From positions 2,666,001 through 2,730,000 of the forward strand of contig OZ251223.1 of NCBI GenBank assembly GCA_965240325.2: 64,000 nt of DNA, given 5' to 3'. Of this stretch, positions 36,613 through 48,612 are shown one piece after another. The notes under the pieces were generated by a model. It searched no databases, was not told where the DNA came from, and saw only the letters and a list, made by a program, of their open reading frames with translations. Position 1 is the stretch's first letter, and each line of letters begins with the position of its first letter. The position numbers and the translations under genes are program-made. Source of the DNA: Rebecca billardiae RCC1528 (taxonomy: Eukaryota > Protista > Haptophyta).

Positions 36613-38001
36613 ATGGCGGCGAGCACGCGCGTGGCCGCGCGCCTGCTGCGGCTGTCGATCCTCTCCGCCGCCGCCGCGCGCCGCCGAGGCCTCGCGAGCG
36701 CCGCGTGGCCGCCCCTGCCTTCAAGCCCGCCCGCTCACGCGTACGTGCACGTGCCCTTCTGCCGACGGCGCTGCTACTACTGCGATTTCCCCGTGTCGAT
36801 CGTGGGCGACAGCGACCGCGCAGCTCGCGCGGCGGTGGCGGGATACCTTGGCCCTCTGCTCAGGGAGGTGCGCGCGGCAGCGGCGCTCGAGACTCGTACC
36901 GGCACACCCCCGCTGCGAACGCTCTACATCGGCGGCGGCACGCCCTCGCTCGCGCCGCCCGCTGCGATCGGCGAGATCGTGCGCGCCGTCGAGGACGGCT
37001 TTGGGCTGGCGCAGGACGCAGAGGTGACGCTCGAGATGGACCCGGGCACATTCGACGAAGAAGCCCTGGTCGGGTACGCCAGCGTCGGCGTGACGCGCGC
37101 CTCCGTCGGCATGCAGTCCTTCGACGCCGACCGCCTGGCCGCCGCGGGCCGCGCGCACACACGGGAGGATGGCGAGCGCGCGATGGCTGCACTGCTGCGC
37201 GCGAGAGAGAGCGGCGTCCTCCGCTCGTGGTCCCTTGACGTGATCGGCGGCCTCCCGGGCGAGACGCGCGCGTCCTGGAAGCACACGCTCACGCATGCCA
37301 TCGCGTCGGGCGCAGACCACGTCTCCGTATACGACCTCACCATTGAGCCTCAAACGGCGTTTGGGCGCTGGGCGGAGCGCGGCACGCTCGCCGGCCTGCC
37401 CGCAGACGAGACATCGGCACTGCTCTACCGCGACGCGGCGCGCGAGCTCGTCTCGGCGGGCTTCGAGCACTACGAGGTCTCCAACTACGCCCGGCCCGGC
37501 CACCGCTCGAGGCACAACGAAGCGTACTGGGCCAACAGGCCGTGCTTGGCGTTTGGGAACGGCGCGGCGAGCTACGTCGGCGGGCGCCGCTTCAGCCGCC
37601 CGCGCAGCGTGCGCGAGTACGCGGCGTGGGTAGCCGCGTACGAGGCGCACGGGCGCGACGCGCAGGGACCCGTGCAGTCGACCCGGGACTGGCTCCTCGA
37701 GACCGTGATGGTCGCGCTCCGAACCGCGGCTGGCCTCGACCTCGATGCACTCGCGCTCACGTTTGGCGAGCCCGCCGCGCGCGCGTGTGCGCGCGTGCTC
37801 GACGACCACAGCGCGCTCGTCGAACGCACCAAGGGCGCCTCAGATGACGGTGCCCTCGGTCGCGCGCGCCTGACGGACCCCGAGGGGTTCCTCTGGTCAA
37901 ACGGCGTCATCGCCGATGCGTTCGCTGCGCTCGACGACGTGCGCGACGATGAGCTGCGAGGTCCGCCCGCGGCATCACCAGATGATCAGCACAGCCGTTG
38001 A
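36613..38001 (+). CDS. hemW: Radical SAM heme chaperone HemW / RSAD1 (HemN-like) with organellar presequence
   Basis: 'YVHVPFCRRRCYYCDF' (CxxxCxxC), 'TLYIGGGTPS', 'HVSVYDLTIEP' and 'FEHYEVSNYA..SRHNEAYW'. Arg/Ala/Ser-rich N-terminus from ATG 36613. Confidence 0.92.
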   Translation: MAASTRVAARLLRLSILSAAAARRRGLASAAWPPLPSSPPAHAYVHVPFCRRRCYYCDFPVSIVGDSDRAARAAVAGYLGPLLREVRAAAALETRTGTPPLRTLYIGGGTPSLAPPAAIGEIVRAVEDGFGLAQDAEVTLEMDPGTFDEEALVGYASVGVTRASVGMQSFDADRLAAAGRAHTREDGERAMAALLRARESGVLRSWSLDVIGGLPGETRASWKHTLTHAIASGADHVSVYDLTIEPQTAFGRWAERGTLAGLPADETSALLYRDAARELVSAGFEHYEVSNYARPGHRSRHNEAYWANRPCLAFGNGAASYVGGRRFSRPRSVREYAAWVAAYEAHGRDAQGPVQSTRDWLLETVMVALRTAAGLDLDALALTFGEPAARACARVLDDHSALVERTKGASDDGALGRARLTDPEGFLWSNGVIADAFAALDDVRDDELRGPPAASPDDQHSR

Positions 38002-38371
38002 TTCTGGTGTCCTGAGACGACTCCGGGCCACACTGCGGGGATCGGCACGCCGCACGGTCCGCGTCCCGCCCAAGTTGTGCTCTTTTCGTACGCGGCCCGT
38101 GGCGGTCGTCAAGCCAGAGGCGGTGGGCTGGCGGCCGGCGGGCATGTGCCGATCACTGGCATCGTCTGACTACGTAGTGTCGTTGACGGTGGACTGCTCA
38201 TGCGGCGGCAAATTTTCGTCACTCATGGTCATGGACATGCAGCGGCCCATCAGTGACTACTGACTGGCATCAGCTGCACCGCAGCACTCCGCAGCCTGGC
38301 GTCTCACTGGCGCTCCGATGCATCCGAGATTCAGAATTATATATATTTATATTATCTTCTAGCTGAGGACT

Positions 38372-38523
38372 ATCGCGCTCCAGCAGCTCATTAAGGCCGC
38401 GCTCAAGCTAGTTACGATCGCGGTGCAGGCTATGCTCTGCCACCAGCGCCGACTACTTCGTGTCGACGATCGGGCACTGCCGCCGACGAATCAGGAGACC
38501 CGCGTCGTCCTACCTGTGTCGTT
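38372..38523 (+). repeat. Dispersed ~150-230 bp repeat, copy 1
   Basis: Shares the core TTCGTGTCGACGATCGGGCACTGCCGCCGACGAATCAGG with 43524-43752 (reverse complement) and 44186-44333. Confidence 0.88.
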
Positions 38524-38893
38524 AAATCATAGAATGAGTCTATACCGCCCGTATCAGATAACTAGTGAGTAGTGACGAGTCACATCATGATCAATATCAT
38601 CGTCAGAAGTTGCTGCTGCCTCGTGATGATCGTCGATCGGACACGCGTCATCACTCGCGCTTGATCCGACACTTGAAATTCGCATATAGGCAAATTCGTA
38701 CGTCGAATTATGTCGTCATCACCACCGCCGCATAGTTATTTATTTATTTACTGACGATATGATGATCTAAACCGAGAACTACAAGTGAGTACAACCGTAA
38801 CAATATATAAGCAGTCGTCACTGACGGTCAGCCGGGCCCGGGGGCACACCCGCCGCCACAATATGTCCGCCGGCTGTCCGCGGCGGCGATTAA

Positions 38894-40120
38894 TTAATCA
38901 TGCCGCATCATATCAGCATCAACCGTCGTATGCCACACATGCAGCGTGTGGTCATAGAACGAGCATGTCGCCGCTAGCAGCGCGCTGTCGCCAGCCGATG
39001 GTGGCTCGTAGCACCAGTCGGCGCCATATGCGAGCGCATCGCCCACTCCGTGCTGGGAGTAGGGATTTGTGGTGAACCGCTCTGCGTTGGCTGTGGCAGC
39101 CTCGCGGTCCACCGGCCCAGCGTCGGCTGCGACTGCCATGCCAGAGTCCGCCGCGCGCACCACGTGAAATCCATTGTACATGCACGCCGCCAGCAGCACA
39201 CCGCGCACGCGTGGATGCCACCGCGCTGTCCACACGCCACCGCCCAGCTCGAACGCGTGCACCTCCTGTCGGGGCATGCGCACGTCGATCACTCGCGCGC
39301 GCTCGTCATAGCTGCCGGTGAGAATGCAATGGGGCGAGTGCGGATCTGATTGGATGCTGGTCACTCCCATGGAATGGCACTTGGAAGTGAACGCAGGACG
39401 CTGCGGCTGACGCGTATCCCAGCCTCGCAGGAGGCAGTCGTCTGCTCCGCTCAGCACCAGGTTCGCCTCGGAGCGGTGGAAGGCGACGATCCATATCTCA
39501 AGATCATGTGCCCGCCATGTCGTGACAGGCTCGGCCGAGCCATCGATAGCGAACGAATGCATTCGACCGTGGTTGTCGCTGCATGCGAGCCCGCTGGGGG
39601 GTGCGCACACGGTCGCAGCGTCGCCAGCATCCACACCCAATGCACCGCAGTCCCAGTCCGCGGAGAGGCAGAATGGCGTCGGCCCGCCATCGCATTCCGG
39701 AAGTGTGCGTGTACAAATGAGGGCGGCACTCACGTTGCACCCATCACCGTCGTCCTCGGGACACGTGGTGCGCGAGACGCGATGGCAGCCGACGGTCCCG
39801 TCGGCGCAAGCGAGCGCAATCGCACTCGATTGCCCGTCATCGGCGAGGGCGCGCGGATGCCAGCGCGCGTCGAAGATGCCCGTCGTCTCCACGCGCGCAT
39901 GCTCGCACACACGCGTATGGCCTATCTTGCCCGCGACTGAGAAGAGAAGCAAGCGGCCGACGCGCGTTTCGCCGTCGAGCTGGTACGTGGCACATGCCAA
40001 TACGTCTTGCAAGCCCGGCGTTGGGCAGAACTCGACTGCATCTGCATGCAGTCCTGTGTCGATGGCAGCCGCCGTCCAAAAGGCGGAGGGCACGTCTTCC
40101 CCTGCCGTCGAATCCGCCAT
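38894..40120 (-). CDS. DPH7: Diphthine methylesterase DPH7/WDR85 (WD40)
   Basis: 'ADAVEFCP', 'LACATYQL', 'AHDLEIW', 'SGADD', 'TGSYDE', 'GGGVW..WHP', 'AACMYNGF', 'LAYGADW' and 'ATCSFYDH'. Confidence 0.93.
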   Translation of the reverse strand: MADSTAGEDVPSAFWTAAAIDTGLHADAVEFCPTPGLQDVLACATYQLDGETRVGRLLLFSVAGKIGHTRVCEHARVETTGIFDARWHPRALADDGQSSAIALACADGTVGCHRVSRTTCPEDDGDGCNVSAALICTRTLPECDGGPTPFCLSADWDCGALGVDAGDAATVCAPPSGLACSDNHGRMHSFAIDGSAEPVTTWRAHDLEIWIVAFHRSEANLVLSGADDCLLRGWDTRQPQRPAFTSKCHSMGVTSIQSDPHSPHCILTGSYDERARVIDVRMPRQEVHAFELGGGVWTARWHPRVRGVLLAACMYNGFHVVRAADSGMAVAADAGPVDREAATANAERFTTNPYSQHGVGDALAYGADWCYEPPSAGDSALLAATCSFYDHTLHVWHTTVDADMMRHD

Positions 40121-40363
40121 CGTGGCTGGCGCTCTCCCAACACGCCCAGGCGCGGCGCATGCCCGCAAGAAATATCCGTCGTCACACGAATAAGCAGAAA
40201 AACTGAATGACGCGATCCCCCATATAACGACACTCGCGCGCACCAAAATAACAGCAGCAGCAGCATCAGCTGCTCATCGGGATCGAAACGAGCTCCGAGA
40301 GCGCAGTGGCAGCAGGTGCCTGCAGCCGCCACCTCCTTTGGTCGGCAAGTGGGCGGTTCGAGG

Positions 40364-40819
40364 ATGGAGGTGCTCGATGGCATGGTGAGCGACCCTGTGC
40401 GCCATGTGGTGCTGACGATATCCACCGTCTTCTTCTACATCTGTGGCGCCGCCCTCTTCATCTTTGTCGTGGCCATCAGCGTGCACGCCTACCTGCATGG
40501 CGTCGCACCGCCGCCTGGTGAGATTGATGATGATGGGGAAGGGGACGTCGAGGCGGAGGGGAGGGCAGCAGGTGGTGCGGAGCCTCGCGAAGCCCTGATC
40601 GCGCCGGGTTCGGTGTCATCTCACGCGCCGCAGCAGCAGGGGCCGCGATTGCAAACTGTGCCCACGCCAAAGCTCCGCCCACCATCACACAAATTCCTGG
40701 AGCGAATGGGCATCACTGCTCCGTTCACGGATGGGCGGCAACGGAGCAACTCGGACGCTGCCAAGCGGGCCGAGAGCTCACGCCGACGAGATGTGGGCGC
40801 GCGCCTGCAGACAAAGTGA
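40364..40819 (+). CDS. Small single-TM hypothetical protein
   Basis: 'VVLTISTVFFYICGAALFIFVVAISV' followed by an acidic/disordered tail. Divergent from DPH7. Confidence 0.55.
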   Translation: MEVLDGMVSDPVRHVVLTISTVFFYICGAALFIFVVAISVHAYLHGVAPPPGEIDDDGEGDVEAEGRAAGGAEPREALIAPGSVSSHAPQQQGPRLQTVPTPKLRPPSHKFLERMGITAPFTDGRQRSNSDAAKRAESSRRRDVGARLQTK

Positions 40820-41624
40820 GCGTCGCACTCTCCTGCTCCCGCAGCCCCTCGCTGCTCCTGTGGGCAAACCCTCGGGCGGCGGTGGTGACAGACGGACATG
40901 CCACATGGGCGACACCCGCTGTTGGTGACAGTGGTCAACTCCTCTTGCTTGGAGCTTGCGTTCGCTGTGATCGCTCGCAAGATGGCTTTCACAATCGACA
41001 ATCCTGGCACCGCCGCATGAAGACGGTGGCATCGGCCGCGTCACCGAGTACCTCCGCATCCTCTATCCGCTTTGCGTGGTTCCTTTCACCCTTTGATTGT
41101 TCGTTTGGTGAAGGAAGTCGTCGAGGGCAAGGTCGTCGCTTGCCTCGGCCAGCTAGCCAGCGGGCATCAGCGGCCAGCTCGCCGCGAGCTGAATCACCGT
41201 GATACTTGCAGGCTGTCGCCTCTGCCGCTCGCTGGGCACGAGCGACCGGCCCGTGAGTCACTATCGCCCTTCTTGTCCGTGGCCCTGCCGGTGCCGGTCC
41301 GGGGCGCACTGACCGGGAACTCTGACAATTGGGCCGCGGAGGCCTCCGTGTACTACGGCTGCCGCGCGGTGACACGGTAATAATCACCGCGGAACTCTGG
41401 CGGCCTACATATCACTGTAGTGCACTTCAGGAGTCGATTAATGATTATGCCGATGAGTCGGAACTGGATTAATCGCGCGGGGCCGCGGATCGACCGTCTG
41501 GGCACCTCGGCCAGTGTGATTCCGAGAATATTATAATAATGACTACTGTTAGTCTGTTACGACGATTATTCGTATAACCTTTGAGACTACTCATTCTACT
41601 TCTAGATGAATCTGCTATCGGCTA

Positions 41625-43512
41625 GGTGGGCCCACTGGCCACTGTGAGATTATAGTGGCGCAGAGCGCGAGCTCATAGCGCGATGTTTACTTTCGTCTTG
41701 AGCTGGATTCCAGCCCCAGGAGATGGCCCCTGGCCTGCCTGGTAAAAAAACCAGTGGTACATGCTGTAAATATAGGGCGTAACGGCGACCCTATTTACTT
41801 ATTGGAAATGGCCTGTGGTCAATGTAACGACCATGTAACGGGCGTCTTAAACGTGATATATAGGGTCGACAGACGTCACTTTGATATAGCACTTTGATGA
41901 GCTGATCATAGGTCTTGAGCAGCATGCACACCCATTGTCACATATACGGCGTATATGGGCACTCTGAGAATACGGGACAACGGCCGTTACACCCGTGCGT
42001 TACATATACACCGCCATGCTGATCAGCATGGCTGCCATAGTATTTCAGACTGTTTCAGACTGCTCTCGTAGCAGCCGTACGGAGTGCATGTGACACCTAA
42101 GAATTTTTCCAACCCTTCTACCCTCGAAGGATGAGTCTTAAGGAGCCGTGGGCAAAGATTGAGCCGCAACGAGTCACGGCGCCAGCCCGCTGGCCGTGGA
42201 CAAGGCAAGTAGGTGTGGTGCACGCGGCGCCGGGCACATCCAGCAGCCCGCAGCGTGAACATGGACAAGGCTCGTCGAGTGCTCATCTGTGGCGTTCAAG
42301 GCAGGCACTGCCATGCATCGAAAAGCCTTTCCTCATGCCCCGACCTAACCGTTGCTCTACACTGCGACCAAGCTGTGTCCGAGCTGTCCTCAGCTCGACC
42401 GTCCTCTGCCAAACTGTGCGCAGCGGCTGCTTCGTCACAGCGCCGAGCTGGCTCGCCGTGGTACGCACGCGCGTAGCGATGTGCACTCATCACCGCTTCC
42501 TGCCTGGCAGCAGGGCGAGATATGGCTCGCTGATAAGCTGGTACGCCTGCTGACCGTGCACCGGCGTCGGCGGCGCCACCAACGTGCTCGGGCAGGCTCA
42601 CGAAGGGCTCAAATCACTGGTGAAAGGATCAACTGTACTGTCCGCAGCGAGCACGCCGCACAGCGGATGACCAAGCAGAGGCGGGGCGACTGCTGTGCTG
42701 CCGTGCGGGGGAGTAGCTGGGCTCTTGGGGTACGCGTAGAGCCATGACAGGGCTCAACAAGCGCATCAGCTGCGATCTACCCGGCTCGACGCGCAGCTCG
42801 ACCTCGTGCAATCGTGTGGCTCGAGGCCCTCCAAGGGGCTCGCAGCTTCCAAACACCTGAGGAGCGTCGGCACTGAGAGTTGAGTCGAGGCCGGGGAGGT
42901 AACAGACGGCACACGCATCCACTTTGACCGCTGTTTGACCATCAGATCCTTCCCCAAGTGCCCACGATCGTGTGAACAGCCACAGCGTTCAGTCACACCG
43001 CGCAGACTTCCGGGGACCTGACCGACGAGGCGGGCCTCCGCAGGGCCGCAGAAGTAGCTGGGCATTGCCAGGCTACCATGTAGATGCTGCCCGAGTAACG
43101 CTCCGGAGTGCCCGAGTTGATTCAAGTGCGTCCCAAGCTCGCGTTGTGCACACATTTCAATCCCCAAAGCTGTTCCCGTGTTTGAACGCGCGAATGTCGG
43201 CGAGAGATGGCAGACCGGGAAGATGACCCAGGTATGAACCATTCGCATGGCTCGTTCCAGAGGGCTACGCAGCACGCCACGGGCGTGCGGCGCAGCGTGC
43301 CTCGCGTGGCAGGCGGGCAAGCGCGGCGGACAACGCGCTGACGACGCGCACAGGTCGATCCCGGTCATCGTTTTCGCGATCGACCGGCTTCCCGGACCGG
43401 GAGTTCGCGCGGCCTGGAAAAAGGGACTTCAGCGCGAGAAAAAGAGCACGGCTGCGGTCCGAAAAAAGCCAGAGAGATTGTGTTTTCATTTTTAAATGGC
43501 TGTGGGCCCACC
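41625..43512. mobile_element. Putative decayed ~1.9 kb TIR DNA transposon with TA target-site duplication
   Basis: TA|GGTGGGCCCAC ... GTGGGCCCACC|TA gives an 11 bp perfect TIR that extends imperfectly to GCCA. The interior has lower GC and no host-like gene. Confidence 0.5.
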
Positions 43513-43523
43513 TATATCGGCGG

Positions 43524-43752
43524 AACGACACAGGTAGCAGGACGACGCGGGTGGCTCCTGATTCGTCGGCGGCAGTGCCCGATCGTCGACACGAACTCGA
43601 AGTCGGCGTTGGCGGTGGCAGAGCATAGTGAGTGCATAGTCTGTGAGTGTGACTGTGTCTGCGCCGTGATTGATCGTAAAGCTTGAGGGCCCGGCGACTT
43701 GAGCTGCTGAAGCGCGATCCACCCACGGCCACTGCTGCGCGGCTCGCATAGA
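43524..43752 (-). repeat. Dispersed repeat, copy 2 (inverted)
   Basis: Reverse complement of the core at 38457-38495 and 44296-44333, with extra short insertions. Confidence 0.88.
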
Positions 43753-44185
43753 CTGTCCGGACGACGACTATATATAGTATATATATACTATATTTAATTA
43801 CTGATTTACTCCGGCCTGAATAGTCAGTTGGCATAGCCCCTCAATTAATTAATAGGCTCCGTAAGAGCTATTGAATGAAAGTTGGGACGAAGGCGAGGCG
43901 CCGAGCGACTCGGCGAGCGAGCTCGGAGGTGAAGGGCGCCGCCGGAACAAAGGATCATCAAACCCGCCTCACGCCTGTAATATCTTTCGTCCTTTGTCTT
44001 TATTTGGCCGGAACTATGACCCGCCCGGGGAGCACGGGCAGGCTTGATGGTAACCACTCACTGTGTCTGGCATCTCACTCATCACAAGACCAGCCGTGCT
44101 ACTGGCCTACTGTACCACCGGCTCAGAGACTGCCAGCTGACATCCGGATCTGCACCCTCGCCCTCGCTCGGGGCACAGCAGGTCC

Positions 44186-44333
44186 ATGCGAGCCGCGCAG
44201 CGCAGGTGGATCGCGCTCCAGCAGCTCAAGGCCGCGCTCAAGCAATTCGCGATCGTGGTGCCGGCGGCTAAAATCTGCCACCAACGCCGCGACTTTCGTG
44301 TCGACGATCGGGCACTGCCGCCGACGAATCAGG
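44186..44333 (+). repeat. Dispersed repeat, copy 3
   Basis: ATGCGAGCCGCGCAGC..GGTGGATCGCGCTCCAGCAGCTCAAG..GACGAATCAGG. Ends ~40 bp before the HCF101 ATG. Confidence 0.88.
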
Positions 44334-44371
44334 TCCGCCGCTGAATTCAGAATTCGGACTTGTCGACCACG

Positions 44372-46184
44372 ATGGCTGTGCGCTGCACGCTTTTGCTGCG
44401 GCGCGCCAGCATCACGGGCACGACGTATCGCGCGCTGAGCGTCTCCACTCGCGAGCTGGCGCGTCGTGAGCACGAAGCACGCACATGTATCGGGGCCGTT
44501 GTTCAGCCCCACGTCGCCACCGTGCGCTCCGTTCGTGCCTCGGCCGATGGCGCCGTGCGCGCAGACATCGGCCTGCGCTCTGGGGCAACGCCGGGCAGGG
44601 AAGAGCTGCGCCACGAGGTGATCGGCGCCCTGACGGGTCTGGACTGGGCGCAAGCGGCTTCTTGCGACTTCTCGCTCCTCGTTCCACAACGACTGGCCTC
44701 CGCTGGGCCGCAGTCGCTCTCAGCTGTGTCGCACGTGATCGGGGTCTCGTCCTGCAAGGGCGGCGTCGGGAAGTCCACAGTGGCTGTCGGTCTAGCGTAC
44801 GCATTGGCGCGCATGGGCGGGCGTGTCGGGCTCTTAGACGCCGACATACACGGCCCCAGCCTGCCGACCATGATTCAACTGCCTGCCGGTGCGTGCATGC
44901 GCTGTGTCCGCGCGCGCCCGGCGCACTGAGCAGCCCGCGCTGATGTGTGCCCCTGCGCCCTGGGCGGCGAAACGCGCAGACGCGCTGCCAGTCGTGAAAT
45001 CGGCAAGCACACAGCTACTTTTGCCACCCGAGGTGCACGGCGTCAAGCTGATGAGCCTTGGCTTCATCGGTGCGTCACGCGCGCCCGTCGCTGGCTCGCG
45101 GCGCCGGAACACCTCACCGCCCGCACCCCTGGAGGGGCTCCCTCGCCGCCGGCTCTCACCTGTCACTGGCCGGCGCCGCGCGTCCCTCGCGCCCCGCGCG
45201 CACGCGCGCGACACGATCGGCCTGCTGGGCGCAGCCAAGGGCGCGTCGACGGGCACCGCGGGCCCAGCCGTGGTGCGCGGTCCGGTCGCCAGCAGCACCG
45301 TGCAGCAGCTCGCGGCGGGCACCGCGTGGGGTGAGCTCGACTATCTGATTGTGGACATGCCGCCCGGCACGGGTGACATTGCGCTCACGCTGTGCCAGTC
45401 GGTCGGGCTGACGTCCGCGCTCGCGGTGAGCACGCCGGGGCGGCTGGCGGCGGCGGACACGCTGAAGGGCTTGCAGATGCTGCGCGACGCTCGCGTGCCT
45501 CTGCTCGCGGTCGTCGAGAACCTCGCCTACTACGTCGACCCTGTCGGCACTCGGCACGACATCTTTGGCAGCTCGCATCGGCGGCGTTTGGCAGAGCACG
45601 CTGCGTCGACCGGAGGCTGGGCGGTGGGCGGGATGGCAGAGAGAGTGGCCAGCGGAGCCGAAGAGGACGCCTCGCGGGGTGTCTTCTCCCTCCCGATCGA
45701 ACCCGACATCACCGACGCAGTCGAGCACGCTGAGCCGGTCGTCGTGCGCGCACCGGACTCACGCGCTGCGCGCACGTTTGATTCGCTCGCACGCCATGTG
45801 GTCGACGTGACCGCGCGCATGCGGCATGCAGACGCGGAGGGGCCCGAGGCGACCGTGCACTACCGTGACGCCGACGGCATGGTCGTCGTGCGCTTCCTCC
45901 GCGGCGCACGCGAGGGCCGCGAGTACGCCTTGCCAGCGGGCAAGCTGCGCGCGCACAGCATGGATGCACGATCAGAGGCGGATCGTAGGGCGGTCGCCGA
46001 CAGTGCCAGCGGAGACCCGGCGCCAGCTGCAGCGGTGGGCACCGCCGCGGTGGTCACGTCCGTGCGGGCATCTGGCAACTACGGCGTCTCGATCGAGTGG
46101 GGCGATGGGCACGCGGCAGCGATCTACCCCTTCGAGCAGATCGCCGAGCTGGCAGAGTCAGAGTGTCGTCACCACGACCATTAG
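44372..46184 (+). CDS. HCF101: HCF101-type Fe-S scaffold (Mrp/NBP35 P-loop ATPase plus C-terminal DUF971); introns 44889-44979 and 45070-45234
   Basis: '[15 protein letters not shown]', '[12 protein letters not shown]', '[22 protein letters not shown]' and DUF971 '[20 protein letters not shown]'. Confidence 0.9.
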
Positions 46185-46429
46185 ATAATTTATATTTGGA
46201 CCGCCTGGTTAGAAGGCGCGAACGCACTCTATGTGTCTGCTGCGCCGTCTGAGCGGTGAGTGAGCCTGACGCTTGCGGCTGCTAGTGCCCGTTGCATACC
46301 GTATAGATAGCATATGACCACGTCGTTGTTAATAACTGAAATGTTAAATTATATCATCGATATATATAATATATATACACACGTTAATTATATATATATA
46401 TATAATATTTTGTATACTACGACTGTTGA

Positions 46430-47035
<606 letters not shown>

Positions 47036-47526
47036 GAGATCTCTCTCTCTCTGCTCTCTCTCTCTGGCTCTCTTACTCGGCCACTCATTCAGCAGTCTCT
47101 CTCGATCTCATACTACTGAGACATACGACTCTCTCCGTCTCTCTCCGTCTCTCTCTATATATACGCTGATGCGGACGATGACAGTATCATGGCTACAGCA
47201 GCACTAGCTAGTATCAGATCAGCACTCCGACGGTGAGCGGCAGTCCTTCGACGACTTCATCTGCTGCGGCTCTTCTTGACGAAGCAGCCTGATGATATGG
47301 CATGCTGATGGTGCGTTGCTTGGCGCCGGCACTGCCCAGGAGTGGTGCACCAGGAGAGGTGTCCGAAGGCGACGAGTCCAGAGTCTCGATGCAACCTGCG
47401 AAGCAAGCGTGAGACCAAAGCGCCCGCAGCATGACGCCAATCCTAGTGAGCGCCCGAGCCGGGAGACGGATGGCGCGCAAGCAGAGCGCCAGAAGGTGCG
47501 ACGTGTGGCGCGCACCTGCATGGCGC

Positions 47527-48612
47527 TCAGGACGCCTTCTTACCTGTCGCCGCGGCCGCAGCTTGCCGCTCCTTCTTGCGAATCGAGCGCTTGCGGATGT
47601 CCACGTGCATGTTGTGCACGTACGGCACGAGCAGCCAGTGCGGCAGGCAGCCGAGTGCATAGAGCACGAGCGAGTGGCTCCAGTACGGCGAGCAGGTGAG
47701 CGCGGTGCCCAGCTTGGAGAGCGAGGCGGCGACATAGTCGCGGGGCTCGGGGATCATCATGCTCGCGCGCGAGCGGTTCGCCATGGCCGTCTTGACGAAG
47801 TACGGCACGTTGCACTGAACGATCAGCCCGTACCTGCGTGCGCGTGCGCGGGGCGGGGGTGGGGGGTGGGGGGCTCGTGTGGCCGCGTGAGGCGGCACTG
47901 ATTAGCAGCACGTGTGCGTGGGTGGAGTGTGGCCGCGCGCGCACTTCTTCGTCTCCTCGGCGAGAGCCTCGGAGAAGTTCTCGACGAAGCTCTTCGTCGC
48001 GCCGTACGGCTGCAGCATCGCCGAGGGCAGCGTGCCGCCGATGGACGAGAGGTTGATGATCACGCCACGCTTGCGCGCCTTCATCTGCGGGAGGACGGCG
48101 TGGGTGAGCAGAGCAGTGCCGAGCGTGTTGCACGAGATGATGTCGCGCGCCTTCGTCAGCTCGAGCTCCTCGAAGTACGTCGGCATCTCGACGTTCACCG
48201 CGACGTTGTTCACGAGCACGCCCACCTGCAGCTGCTTGAGCACCGCGGTGAGCGACGCAAGCGTCGCGTCGTCAAGCTGCGTGAAGTCGGTGCGATGGGT
48301 GCGCACCTCGACGTCGCACATGCCCAGGATCTCTTGCTGCACTGCCTCCAGCTTGTCCTGCGAGCGGCTCACGAGCAGCACGTTCAGGCCCTTCTTCGCG
48401 AGCGCGATTGCGTATGCCTTGCCAATCCCATCCGTTGCACCAGTGACGACCGCCCAGTCCTTCGCGGCCTTGAACTTGCTCAGGCTCGCCCCCGGCTTCA
48501 AGAAGGCCGTGAAGAGGTAGTGCGCCACCGAGAGCGCGAGCTTCAGCGCGCAGAGCGCGCCAAAGAACGCGAGGCCCGTCTTCAGCGTCTCGCTGTCAAG
48601 GGACGCGGACAT
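47527..48612 (-). CDS. Very-long-chain 3-oxoacyl-CoA reductase (KCR/HSD17B12-like SDR); intron 47834-47944
   Basis: 'WAVVTGATDGIGKAYA', 'VLVNNVA', catalytic 'YGATK', and the spliced 'KYGLIVQCNVPYFVKT..PYWSHSL'. Confidence 0.92.

Noticed and set aside
42023-43495. Short ORFs in the lower-GC segment as genes
   Set aside because: They are fragmented, lack codon bias and show no recognisable domain. Treated as the interior of a decayed element.
38372-44333. The ~39 bp thrice-repeated core as a CRISPR repeat
   Set aside because: The copies are dispersed, in mixed orientation and part of longer homology. There are no cas genes and the context is eukaryotic.
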